Assembly (NCBI GenBank): GCA_001949185.1
Contig: BDGG01000016.1
Location: 1,066,049-1,130,048, forward strand
Length of the DNA stretch: 64,000 bases
Direction of reading: 5' to 3'
Source of the DNA: Ramazzottius varieornatus
Lineage: Eukaryota; Animalia; Tardigrada
Made by a program: the position numbers and the translations under genes. Below, piece after piece: positions 1 to 11,559 of this stretch (positions are counted from its first letter, which is position 1; each line of letters begins with the position of its first letter). The notes under the pieces are model-generated. The model was not told the origin of the DNA. It saw only the letters and a list, made by a program, of their open reading frames with translations, and did not search any database.

Positions 1-602
1 GCAGTGTCAGTACCAGTCCGCCACAGGCTTCGCTCATCGACTTGGCCAATTCTTCTTCTGCTCAAATGAACGGTATGCCTATGCGACGCATTTCCAGTGC
101 CACCAACAGCTTCCAACCAGGAAGCGTAGCAGCGCCGGTGTTGCCTCCGCGTCCTCTGGCTCATTCCAACTCGGTGGGAACCTTCCCTGGAATGCTCCCG
201 CCACCTGTACCCATTCCGCGACGAAGTGTCACTCAGGCGCCGGTGCCGGGTGTGGCTGGCTTCGCGCCACCAGGTAACGCCGCCATCTAAATGAACGTAT
301 TTCCCAAATGTCGATCACTGCTTACAGAAAATGACGCTAATAGGCAGACAAGCTCGACAAGACCGTTTCCCAAGTGGCGCAGGGCTCCAGCCGAGAACAG
401 TGAAAACGTGCGCCACTTGGGAGAACGATCTTGATTGAGTTTGCCAGGCCAGATCTCCATATTGCACAGAAAGAATTAGAATATTCTAATTTGAAACGTT
501 TTGTCCTTATTTGCAGTCGTGGTGGCCGCGTCGAATCCTTTCGGAATGACGCCAGTGATATCGGGGAATACGGATCCTTTTGCCGATGCATTCTTCAAGT
601 GA
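1..602 (+). CDS. 3' end of an endocytic accessory/adaptor-type protein (Pro-rich tail, SLIDL, NPF and DPF motifs); gene starts upstream of the window
   Basis: Open frame from nt 3 (SVSTSPPQASLIDL...PPRP...PPPVPIPRR). Donor CCAG|GTAACG at 273/274 and acceptor TTGCAG at 516 join in frame to give VVVAASNPFGMTPVISGNTDPFADAFFK* (TGA 600-602). Confidence 0.6.
351..450. repeat. Palindromic GTGGCGCAC-N25-GTGCGCCAC element (single unit, intronic)
   Basis: CAAGTGGCGCAG-N25-GTGCGCCACTTG, with outer arms CTCGACAAGACCGT / ACGATCTTGATTGAG. Confidence 0.85.
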
Positions 603-1317
603 GGCAGTCAACAGTGTAACATGGTGTCTTGTGGGCAAGTGGTGCTCGTCGATGGACTTTCCAAAGCTGGTTTAATTGTGAATATCCTGGTGATTTCCCA
701 CACGCGGTGCTTCATGGCCGTGTCTGGTGTACAAAAGAATACACGAACGATACAGCCGCAATATTCTTCCTCTGCAAATTTATGCTGGCTTAACTCGGTC
801 TTGAAAAGTGCTTTTAAGCTTTTCCGCAGTTTTCTTTTATTATGTTGATTATGTGATCTGATAGTTTCGTCTTCGAAGTCACATAATTTCGCTCTGGATA
901 TTACTTTCCTTTGAGGTTTACCGGTGGGATGCATGGAGTTTCATAGCCGAGGGTTTTTTCTTTACATGCCACGCTTCTTTGGCTTCTTTTTTATCGACTA
1001 TTTTTCGATATACCTTTCGTCTTCCTGTGTTCACTTTTTATTCAACCGTATTTCAACTCGATCTATCGCATATCATACCCTTTTGTTTGCATGTTTATTA
1101 ACCAACGTAGTTGTAAAGATATCTGTAACAAACGAAGTTCCCCTCTTCCGCTTGTACCAACAACAGACGACGAATTCCAAACTGGCAGTTTGTTAAAAAA
1201 GACATTTACAAAGTACAAGAGATCACAGATTCAGACAAGGCTCAGCACACATCGCTGCTAACTTCCTCGACATGCAAGAGACCGAGCTGTTGAGCAGGGC
1301 AGTAATCCGTTCTTTTT

Positions 1318-4300
1318 TCACCGTCGAGGTAAATCGCTTCTTTCTCTGAGACCGAACGCTGCAGTTGGGTCCATCCTGAAGTAATTCCAGTTGGACGCCA
1401 CGATGCTTTCTATCCAGTCTTTCACAAAGAAGATGTTGGTGTAGAAACCAGGAACGTTCTCTTGACCACAGCCGTAGCCTTTACTGACAATACCGATCAA
1501 CTCCCAGTAGTTACCGCGGGACGCCAACAAAGGACCTCCAGAGTCGCCCTACAACAAGAACGAACCTGCAAGCTTTTCAACACATGGTAAGTCTGTTCGG
1601 CCTGACTCGCTTACTCTGCAAGCGTCTTGGTTGGGTCTTCCTCCCGCACAAATATACTGCGGCTTGATTTCCTCGTAAATATTCTTGCTTCTCAACTGCA
1701 AGTAACACTGCCATGGGAAAAGGATGGGGAGCTTGACTTCTTGAAGAACCATCGGCAAGTTCGACCGATCGTCAGCTGAAATTAGGAAACCACGTCAGAT
1801 ACAAGAGTATTGAGGTGAATATCGGGGACTTTGTGGACGCAGGTGAGTGACGGGCCGACCAGAAAACTGCCTGTATTTCGCACCAACCTGCATACATATC
1901 TGGTTCTATGTATGTAGGTAGGTGACAGACAGGCGAGAAAAGCGCCTGCATCGCTCGTCCACCTGCACACACGGGTTGCCAACGGTGAAAGTATCACTTA
2001 CTTTCTTTCCGTTTGCCCCACCCGAGCACAGTTCCCATCTCACCCAAATGTTCACCACTGGGAAGGCACACCGGCCTAATATGCGGCTTGAACTTGATGG
2101 GCGTTTCCAGCTGGACCAGCGCCACGTCGAAGGAGGACTGTGTGGCGTTGAAGAACGGATGGATAAAGGCCCGTGAGATCGATACGGTTTCCGGACCGAA
2201 CAACCCGAGGTCCTCTTCGTCCATACTGTAAAGTCCTATCCGGATAGCCAGGTCCCGGTAGTACCCATACTGGAAGTTCTTGTAGACGCAGTGAGCGGCT
2301 GTGATGAGGAACTGTTCGTTCAAGATGGTGGCGCCACAGCGGAGACGGTTGGAACTGAGCAGGACCGCCATCCATGGCCAGGCTCCAAAGTCACTGGGCC
2401 GACCACCGAGAATACGGGCTGTACGACTGAAAAGACCGTGACGGACACCACAGAAGGTCTGAGAGGAAGTCGTCGGGGAAGACATGTTGAGCGTTACTTG
2501 CGGTTGAACTGGTTGAAGAATGTGTGGTTGTGTGAGGTTGAAGGCGAAAGGTACAGGAATGTTTATCTGTTCAGGCTGTGGTGGCATTTGTGGTATGAGC
2601 TGAGTTTGAGGTGGAGCGAACTGGGGGACGAACGCGGTGTAAGGGCCATTGGGACCGTAAGCAATGTACTGTTGTTGCGCTATGGGTTGTGGCGGAGGTG
2701 GTACATTTTGGTCAGGGGAGAAACTTCCTGGTTGGGAAATTTGTAGTATTTGTGGCTGGTTGTTTGGGAAGAATGTCTGTTGTGGCGGCTGGAATTGTGC
2801 TGGAGGACCGAACGGACCTGGTAATGGGCTGTTTTGAAACTGGGGAGGAAACGGACCCGGAAAGGAGTTTGTGTTTGGTGGTTGGGCAAAGCTATGTGGC
2901 TGGTTTGGTAGAATGTATGGTGGACCCTGTGATGGTTGGTACGGCATGCTAGGTTGATTAGGTGGCTGCAGTTGACCGGAAGTGGATACGCTCGGCTGAA
3001 AGTACGGTGGCACCATTCTGTTTGGCTGTGCGTTCTGATCGTTAATCGCCTACGAAGAATTGTCAGTCATCTTTCTTTCGTGCTGATGGATCTTCTTACA
3101 AAAAAATCGTGCGCGAACTAGTGAGAGTTGTTTTACATGCAAATAGAAAATTTCGGTGAAACCATTACGAAGAACCATTATCTGCAACGATTTAGAATCA
3201 ATCAATTCGGACACAGGCAAACAGTCTCGATAATATCGTATTCCCACGTGGCGCACGCTTCTGGTAGATAACACTGACAGCCTGCGCCACTTGGGTAGAC
3301 AGGCCCGACACTGGGCAGATCAGGACCGTTTTTGCAAGTGGCGCACACTCTCAGCAGGTAACAAAGAGAACGTGCGCCACTTGGGGAAACAATCTTGTCG
3401 AGTTTGGCGATGTCCGAACTAACTTTACCACTCTCGCAGTATTCTTACCTGTTCTGTCCATCCATTGGGGGGACCTGGTTGAGTCTTCTGTGGTAACTCA
3501 ACCGGCACTTTACCCGGCAAGTAGCTCATCTTGGTATTATCGTTGGGAGGAAGCAACTCCAAGGGGCTCTTGTCATACCCGTAGAACTTGTTGGGAACCG
3601 AGACAAAGTTGACCAGATGGCCGGACTTTGGTCGTGTTGGGGTGTATGGAGCATTGAGGTCCGCGTCTTTCTGTCGGTTGATGTCATCAAGAACCGCAGA
3701 GGCCAAGTTAGTGCTACGGTTGCTGGAGAAGCAGCAGATGCCACCGGGTAAGAGTATCTGCGTACCCGCGGAGTTCAGCGCGACCTCGCAGGCTGTCTGC
3801 GGCTGCACTCTTTGCAGGATGGGACAGTTGGACATGAAGGTACAACTGGCTTCCCGCGAACATTTCTGCTTGGGGATGTTAAGTGTCTCAATGCGAGGTT
3901 CTGTAAAAGAGATACATGCTCGGTGTTGGTACGATAGACTAACTGGGAGCTCAGCGAACAGACCCGACAAGGTTGTTTTTCAAAGTGACGCACGTTTTCA
4001 GCATCATTGGCTGGATTCGTGCGCCACTTGGAAACCGAATCTGCTGAGTTTGTTTGCTCAAGTGACGCACTGTTCCAGTGTTACTAGCTGGTCGCGTGCG
4101 CCACCTGGAAAAAAGACATGTGTTTGCTCAGGTCCGAATTGGGGCGAGAAGAAATGATTTGTTACTGGTAGATAATATAAAGATAAAATGACGTTTTATG
4201 GGTCAGAAAATTGTAATTAAGACCACAACCACGCTTTCGGTTTCGCTTGGTGGAATTCATAATCAACTCGGAAAATCTCTTCATCGACGCATCGTTCTCG

Positions 4301-5000
4301 TTCAAGGAGCGACGGTCGAAAAGCGCATAAGTAGGTGGCGGCACCGCTGTCGCCGATGCTGGGCACGGGTTTACAAATTAATTGAGCGTTTTGTATGGAA
4401 ATTGAAATGTTGGAATAAGTTATGCTCAACCACAATTAACCGTCAACCGTGAAGCCTTCAATCAGGTAACGTGGGATACCTCACCACAAACTATTTCGCC
4501 CACGAAAGCGTTCTTTTAGAACCTCAGTGTCTCGGTATCATGCAGAAATTCCAAACCAGACCAGTTCCACAGCCTCTTTTTGCACTAGTTTTTTATTAAG
4601 TCTCGGTTGAAGCCCCGACACTTCGTTAAAACTGAGTTGACCCACAAAAGATTCCCGGATACACATCGTGAGATAACTTCACGGCGGTCTGCAGTTCTTG
4701 GTGCTCGTGGCTCGGACAAAGTTATTAGCCGACCAGGAAGTAATTACACCACAACGAGAGGCTTCGTTTAGCACTTGAATCACGGTGGAGCTCTTCACAC
4801 TCGAAAAGACTAAATCATGCACTCATACCTGCACCGATCACATCGCTTCCCCTCCGATAGTTCAACAACCGGTCAGCAATGGGTAAGTCCGGTACGGAAC
4901 CAAAACTGATATACTGAAGGGAAGTCGATTGCAGGAGATCATCCGCCATGAGTCCTCCATTAAACCCCAACAACAAAAATACGGCCACCACGAAGAACAT
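1318..5000 (-). CDS. Secreted clip-domain-type trypsin-family (S1A) serine protease, multi-exon
   Basis: Signal peptide MFFVVAVFLLLGFNGG (ATG at 5000). Cys cluster CSREASCTFMSNC...C...GGICC, P/Q-rich linker, CG...R|ILGG activation site, WPWMA, CGATIL, TAAHC (His), DVAL (Asp), PVCLP, GWG, QDAC|GDSGGP (Ser, ~1530-1549), GIVSKGYGCG, PGFYT. Confidence 0.9.
3245..3420. repeat. Palindromic element, 2-unit array (protease intron)
   Basis: Two GTGGCGCAC...TGCGCCAC cores. Confidence 0.85.
3945..4135. repeat. Palindromic element, 2-unit array (protease intron)
   Basis: Cores start at 3985 and 4062, a 77-bp period. Confidence 0.85.
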
Positions 5001-6114
5001 CTTTAAAGTTCGACCAACAGTCCGAGTTTACGACCACGCCGATGTCACTTTACGATGTTGTTTTATGGCCCAACACTTTCATGATTCCCTCGATGCAAGA
5101 TAAAACACACCGTGCCCACAAATAAATTTCGAAACCTTCACGGATATAAAAACAAACGCGTTCGCCGTTCGGACTGAGGTGGAGGAACAGAAATGAATGC
5201 AAAAGTGCAGACAATGTTGACCGTTACGGCAGACGATTAGAAGTACATTAATGCGCTTCGGATCTTCGCGAATGTTATGCACAGCTTTACCTAACTCTCA
5301 TAAAAGAGCTCGATGATCTGCAAAGATTCACTCATCTTGACCCAGTTATACCATGGTTAGGCGGCCGGAAAACTGGGTCTATTTATCGGCCTAACTGCAA
5401 CTGCTCACAACTCGTAACAACGTAATGACTAGTTCGGAACCTTCTACGCATAGTATTGTATACGCTGAATCTCATCGCAGCTGAATGTGTTCGGACAAAT
5501 ACATCGATGAACAATGCTACAGACGAAAGAGAGAACCTTTCTATGGTGGGCCATGTGGTCGGGCATCATACCATACGATGATAGAAAACGCGGTGCCGCG
5601 ATGGACGCCTGAGCACAAACTACCTTAGCTTCTATTTCGATAGTCCAATCATGCGTCCGGAACGGCCTCACATAACCGGCTTCCCACGAATTTTCAAATA
5701 CTCGCCTCGGTTCGAATCCTCGGACAGATGCTGCTGCGAGTGACAGTTCATGAAAGCGCGTCGTTGGTGACGAAGAGCCTGTAGCCAACCCCGACCAGGT
5801 TGCATGTAGCGAGCCGTCGGGCCTGCCCTCTTCACTGTACACCTGTCAAGATAACCGTTTACAGCCGTCTTGCGCGCTTTTATGAGTGCGTCGGTTCGGT
5901 GGGGAAAGCTCGATGTTCAAAGGCTTCCGGGTTACCAATGCGAGTTTTATTACTCTTGGGGCATCTGGTGCTCTAATCGATGATTTTATTGGAGTGAAAA
6001 TTATATCTCAGAAAACTCTAGGTTTCGAAGAGCGCGTGGAAAACTCAGTTCGACACCCGAGCGAAAATATTTCATCGCTTATTAGATTTTCTTGAGTTTA
6101 GAAAGCAAAATGGG

Positions 6115-6380
6115 AGAACTCGACAAGATCGGTTTTCCAAGCGGAGCACGTGTCCAGCCAACAACAGTGAAAATGTGCGTCGTTTGGAGACACGGTCTTA
6201 TGGAGTCAGCTTTTCAAAGTGGCGCACACTTCCTTGTCGATATCTCTAGAAACATACGCCACTTTGGAAGACGATCTGATCGGGTTTGTTTTTCCAAGTG
6301 GCGCGTGCGTTCAGCCAGTAACACCTAAAACGTGCGCCGCTCCAGAGAATAATCATGTCGATATTTTTCGCCAAGCTCCC
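6115..6380. repeat. Palindromic element, 3-unit array (intergenic)
   Basis: Three cores at a ~78-bp period. Confidence 0.85.
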
Positions 6381-7308
6381 GAACACAAGTTCCAAGCACA
6401 AGAACCTCCGAATAAGCTGAAAATGGAAATGATTTGTTGCTCGATCCCGGGTGTGTTTGAACGTCATTATTGATTTACCGATGAAGATTCAACGCGGAAC
6501 TTTTTGGCGCGCATCCGTGTAATTCACAGCGGATCATTTCGATCCACCATCATGATATGTCAGCTTCTTCTCGCATTATGGAAATTATGGAAAATAACAC
6601 CCACACAAAAGTCAGCGAGATATACGTTTCTCGTCAACGATAACGACGAACATGTATCTTCTGCTTGTCAATAGACGGTTTACGACGAGAAGAAATTAGA
6701 ACTATGCTCAACGTAACCGGCGCAACAAAACCTACTGTGCCTAAATTATGTTTTTTATCGGCCCTACATCAATGAAGACCATCTTTCACTGACGCTGCCT
6801 ATTTACATCATATAGTTAATCGGATATAAAACCCAAACTGTCACAGTTCCCGTCACACGAACATGAAGCTGTCCCACAGTGTCACACAAATATGAATTCA
6901 GACGTCGGCAAACGGATCAGCCAGATCGTTCCCCCAAGTGGCGCACGTGTCCACTGTTAGTGGCCGAAAGCCTTCGCCACTTCGAATAACGATCTTGACG
7001 ATTGCGTTTTTCCCAAGTGACGCACGGTTTCATTACTTTTGCCCGAATGCGTGCGCGACTTGGGAAAGCGATCTGGGTGAATTCACCTGCCGACGTCTCG
7101 ACTTGCCTTTACTTCTTGTTCTCTTGATTGAATACTGTATAAACGCGATAAAACCGCCATACGTCACATTTATGACTTACCAGGTGTACGGCGGTTCTAT
7201 CGGGGTAATACAGTACGATATCGATGCTCCCCCTTTATTCGTGTGGACTGCTCAGCCATCAGATTACACTACGGACTAGAAGTCTAGTACAGATATCATG
7301 CACTGATT

Positions 7309-8507
7309 TCAGTTGACAAAGCCAGTGGCAATCAGCTTATCGAGAAAGAATTTGATGTCGGCCATTTCGGAGTCGCTGAAGCCCATGGCTCTCAGCTCTC
7401 CAGAGTTGCCCTTCTCAGTGGCGACCACGATGTTGCGGAATCGCTCGGCGTTCTCGGGCTTCAGTTTACCGCTGGCGGCGAAGTCGTCGATCGTGGGACT
7501 CTCTGAAAATCCCAACAACATATTGGTCAGATGACCGAACAAATTCGAAGGCTCAAGGTTACTTCAAGCTTACCTGACAGGAGAACTGCGATACGTGTAG
7601 TTTCGCCAAGGTTCGCGGCGTCATTACCGAAGATCTTTTGCAGGAAGTCAGCGCCGTGCGACTTCATGAGGCTGTTGAGGAAAGTGGCGGTTTCCTTCAC
7701 CGGGGGACGTTTCGCTGCAATAAGATTACTTTCATGATAAAGGGGGACACTGGGAAGCGAAAGGTACAATGGGAATCTTTAGTGGCGCACGGTTGCGGCC
7801 GATAAGAATGGAAACGTGCGCCGCATGGAAATCGAATTGGAAAGGACTTCCTAATGGCGCACTCTTCGAGCCTCATGCAAACACCAACTAAACAAGATCG
7901 TGTTTTTTAAATAGCGCATGCTAGCGGCTGATCACAATGAGAGAGAGCGTCACTCAAAATAACCATCTTCTACGTTTCATTAGCCGATCTGGTAAGCCAT
8001 GCACTTGGGTCAACGGAAGTGTTAGAAAGCACATTTTGTGATGCTTACCGGCAGAGCAGACGGCCTTGTTCTCGTCGTAACCGCTGGGGCAATCGTTGCT
8101 ACCGTCACAGACGAAGCCGAGGGAGATACACTTGGTGGGACTGCCCGGGCACAGGAAGGGCTCTGTGGCAGGACAAGCGGGATCTGCAAGAACAAAATCG
8201 GAATATTCAGTCTGTGAAGGGAAGTTAACCTTAGAGATATGAGTACTCGTAGCGGTAGTTTCTTCATCGATGGAGGAACCCGTCTAATGTGACACTCACC
8301 GATTTTCCGCTTCCACTGTTGCATGAGCCTGTACGGCATGTCATAGTCATTGTTGGGCGACTCCGCCAAGTAGTTGCCCAAGAGGTGGGGATTCAAGGCA
8401 GAGGGGTGATGGAAACGTCCAGCGAAGGACATGGGCGAAGAAATGACTGCTGTCAGAAGGAACCCGAGCAAGAAGACCACGGAAAGACTCTTCGAAGAGA
8501 TCGCCAT
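7309..8507 (-). CDS. Prohormone-4 (IDLSRF-like peptide precursor family) with LDLa module
   Basis: Signal peptide MAISSKSLSVVFLLGFLLTAVIS and KRK site. Spliced LDLa exon (~8049-8183) DPACPATEPFLCPGSPTKCISLGFVCDGSNDCPSGYDENKAVC, followed by the family-typical AAKRPPVKETATFLNSLMKSHG...LS|ESPTIDDF...SEMADIKFFLDKLIATGFVN*. Confidence 0.9.
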
Positions 8508-9573
8508 TCCGATATGAATTCAGGAGACAAAAAGAACAGTGAGAAATGTACAAAGGATAAGGCACACCCAGAAAGAAAAGTCGCACTCAGGGACCTGCGA
8601 TCGGGACCTTCAGCCTTTGCAAGTAGGAGACAAGCCAGGCTAGACGACTTTATATCGTCAGAGGATCAACTTTGAACTCTGATGGGGATGACATGCTATA
8701 TCTCATCAAGAGGGAAAGCTCCCACTTGGCTAGGAGTTATCAATGATAATTAGGGAGCACTTTGCCGGCGGTAACGAGGAGGCAACTCTGCGTGCCACCC
8801 ACATTATCATGTTAATTTTTCTGCTTATACCTAATTACTTTCCTATCCCGACAGAGTTCAGGCCAGAGGCTTTTACACTTCCTCATGCATAATTAAGGAC
8901 ACTTTGCACGGCCTCCGAAATACGAAACAGTTAACCGGCTTTTGCCCTTCATTACGTATCGCGGTCATTACGCACCCTTCTGGCTCCAACGTGTGAAGCT
9001 AATGGACTTACGTAGTACCACCACTGCCTCAAACAGAGTCAATGCATTCATCTAGTATTCGGGATAATTGAAAAGTTCGATGCATGCTTAATTTATCTTT
9101 TCCATTGAGAAATCAAACAATTTTCGAGAAGCGCGGCAGAACCCCTCGAAAGCCATTAGAGCAAAAGCGTTTGCCCTGCCACTCTGTTAATGGGATTGAC
9201 GAACTTACCGGTACGTCATGACGGCCAAGGACCATGGTGAAACCCATACGCTGACAGTTCCATCGAGTGGCTCCTGCATTAGTGGCCAAAAGATGGGTGG
9301 AGTGACTGAAGTGCAAAAAGTTAGAATTTGTTGTCACGGAGCGTTAAAAGATCGAACAGCAACTGAAGGAAACCTCTTTTAAAAACAGTACGTGAGCAGT
9401 TGTATTATACCTTCAACGTACGAGTAATCTTACTTTGTAATATTTTGAATCATTTATGTCAGTGTTATGAAAGCCTTGGTTCATTTGAAGTTCAAACTGC
9501 ATTAGGAAATCGCGCGAAATGTACTACTCCATGAACGACGTTAAACCTATGAACCATTCTCAGTCCCTGAGCA

Positions 9574-10752
9574 ATGCTACCCTCTGATGACGCTTACCGA
9601 AGAAACATTGTGACTATAGGCGATAACCGGAGACAGTCCTTCCTAAACGACCGGGAATGGCGGCGAACTGCTGTAGGAGACGACATCACTATCCGAGTCG
9701 CTCACGTCAGACGGCACTTCCACTGCTTTTCTGCCCACAAGTCCGAAGAAGGGCATCTAGATATCACAGAATTCATAGAAATCAAAGACGCGATCAAGAA
9801 GAAAGTAGATGTGTTCTTAGAACGGACAGTGAACGAGCCATTGAAGGTACCCGACAGACTTCCCGTGGACGATGTAGAACTTCCGCCCATCGGCACCGAT
9901 GTAGACTTCTCCGAGATCGAAGCGCATATTCTGGCTGCTTCAAGCCTGAAAAACGTCAGACATGAACATAAGGGATGGGGTAGAAGAAGGCGAGTAAGAA
10001 AGTATCATAAAAGTTACTGCGTACCTCCGCTGTATGAGGAGTTGGAGAAGCCTTCGAAGTGGACACCCGAAGTCGAGGACGTTTATCGATTCCGAGCAGC
10101 TGGATACCGAGACGAAACGCATTTCCGTGTGGTCAATGGACCCAGTGTACCTGGTAAGAAAAAGAAACGTACAGGTTGAAACGTAAAAGGGTTGAACGAG
10201 ACTAACGAGAGCGGAGAGTAGACTGTAACGCCTTGAGCCATACCGAACAGTCAAATCTACGCATAACGTCATCGCGTACACGTGTTACTGTAGGTAACAA
10301 TGATGACATCATGGGCGACTCACCTGACACTCTACGAATCTGATTTCTTTCTTTTTGTAGTTAACAGATGCGCCCGCACCGGCCTGATCAGCAAACTCCC
10401 GAACAAACGAAATCACTACCATCCTCTAATCTTCTCCGAAAACATAGAATGCGACTTTGCCGAGATCAGGAAAGTCAAAATTCCACGATACTGTTGGAAC
10501 TTTCTGGAGCATGACTTTTACCTGGCGGCGCTCTTCCACATGCGCATGACTGCGGTTCAGAACAAAGCCATAGCGGAGGCTGAAAAAGTGCGCAAACTGC
10601 TGGTTGAAAAGATCCGGAAGGAGCGGAAGCACAAGAAGCATCACAAACAGCTACAAAAAGATCCATCTATCAAAGTGGAAGACGACGACGGCGGCGGCGG
10701 TGGCGGGAAAGAAAAGTCTGCCAAGAAGAAGCACAAGAAAAGCAAGAAATAA
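9574..10752 (+). CDS. MEIG1: MEIG1-domain-containing protein with N- and C-terminal extensions (2 exons: 9574-10153, 10361-10752)
   Basis: KWTPEVEDVYRFRAAGYRDE...P|VNRCARTGLISKL...ECDFAEIRKVKI resembles MEIG1 (KWSEEIENLYRFQQAGYRDE...ETGYVKKL...ECDDKEVHKVKI). The GT-AG intron 10154-10360 is in frame. Lys-rich C-terminal tail. Confidence 0.75.
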
Positions 10753-11559
10753 ATTCGCGCTGTAAACATCCACACATGGTGAGCCCATTGGTGTACTCGT
10801 ACAGTAAAGACAAGCAGCCGCTACCAGACAGTTCCCTGTTCCCATACCGAACCCCCGGCACTGCTTCACTTTCTTCTGACCCTGTGAACGAAGATACAGG
10901 AAACGTTTCGAGGCCACTGATAATTCTCCAGAGAACAGAGAATTCCATATTCATTCCGATGTCCGAAGATTCGGTGAAGAACTATCCGAAGAACCAAAGA
11001 CTTATCCAAAGAACTGTCCATACGCTTTCCAAAGAACCATAATCGCCATTGAAACTATAATGCTGCTAACGCAGGAAAAGCATGCAGGGATAAACTTGAG
11101 CATAAAAGAACCACCAACTGCGAATTAGACGGTTCCCAGATCGAACCTCACGACACGTACTTATACTTCATTTTCGTTCATGACGCACGACTTTCGGTAT
11201 CGAAATCTGGTTTCAACTTTCGGAAGGTGCTAACAAAGCTCCACCGCTTTCCTTCTGCTGATGCGCCGTGGGAATTTGCAATACGACCAGAGGTACTGTA
11301 ACTGTTGTTACAGTCGGAACTGCTTCTTAAAACCTTCTACTGCAGGTTTCACGTTTCAGAATGAAGCCGGAAGTCTCAGGCTTCCTCGTCGTTGATCTGC
11401 TATCAAGCACCACATAAACGTCAAATCAAACTATATTCTGTACAGCTATCAAAGCATATAATATACAAGTAAAGAGTATAAAACAAACAACGAATGGCCT
11501 CAAACAATAACCTTCCCCGAAGCTTCACCAAAAACTGGCTCAGATAAAGGACACAAAAG

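Noticed and set aside
6115-6380. CRISPR-like appearance of the repeat/25-nt-spacer arrays
   Set aside because: The spacers are degenerate versions of one consensus, the arrays have only 2-3 units, the context is eukaryotic and intronic, and there are no cas genes.
10776-11042. 88-aa ORF downstream of the MEIG1-like gene
   Set aside because: No motif or splice support; it is probably 3' UTR between convergent genes.
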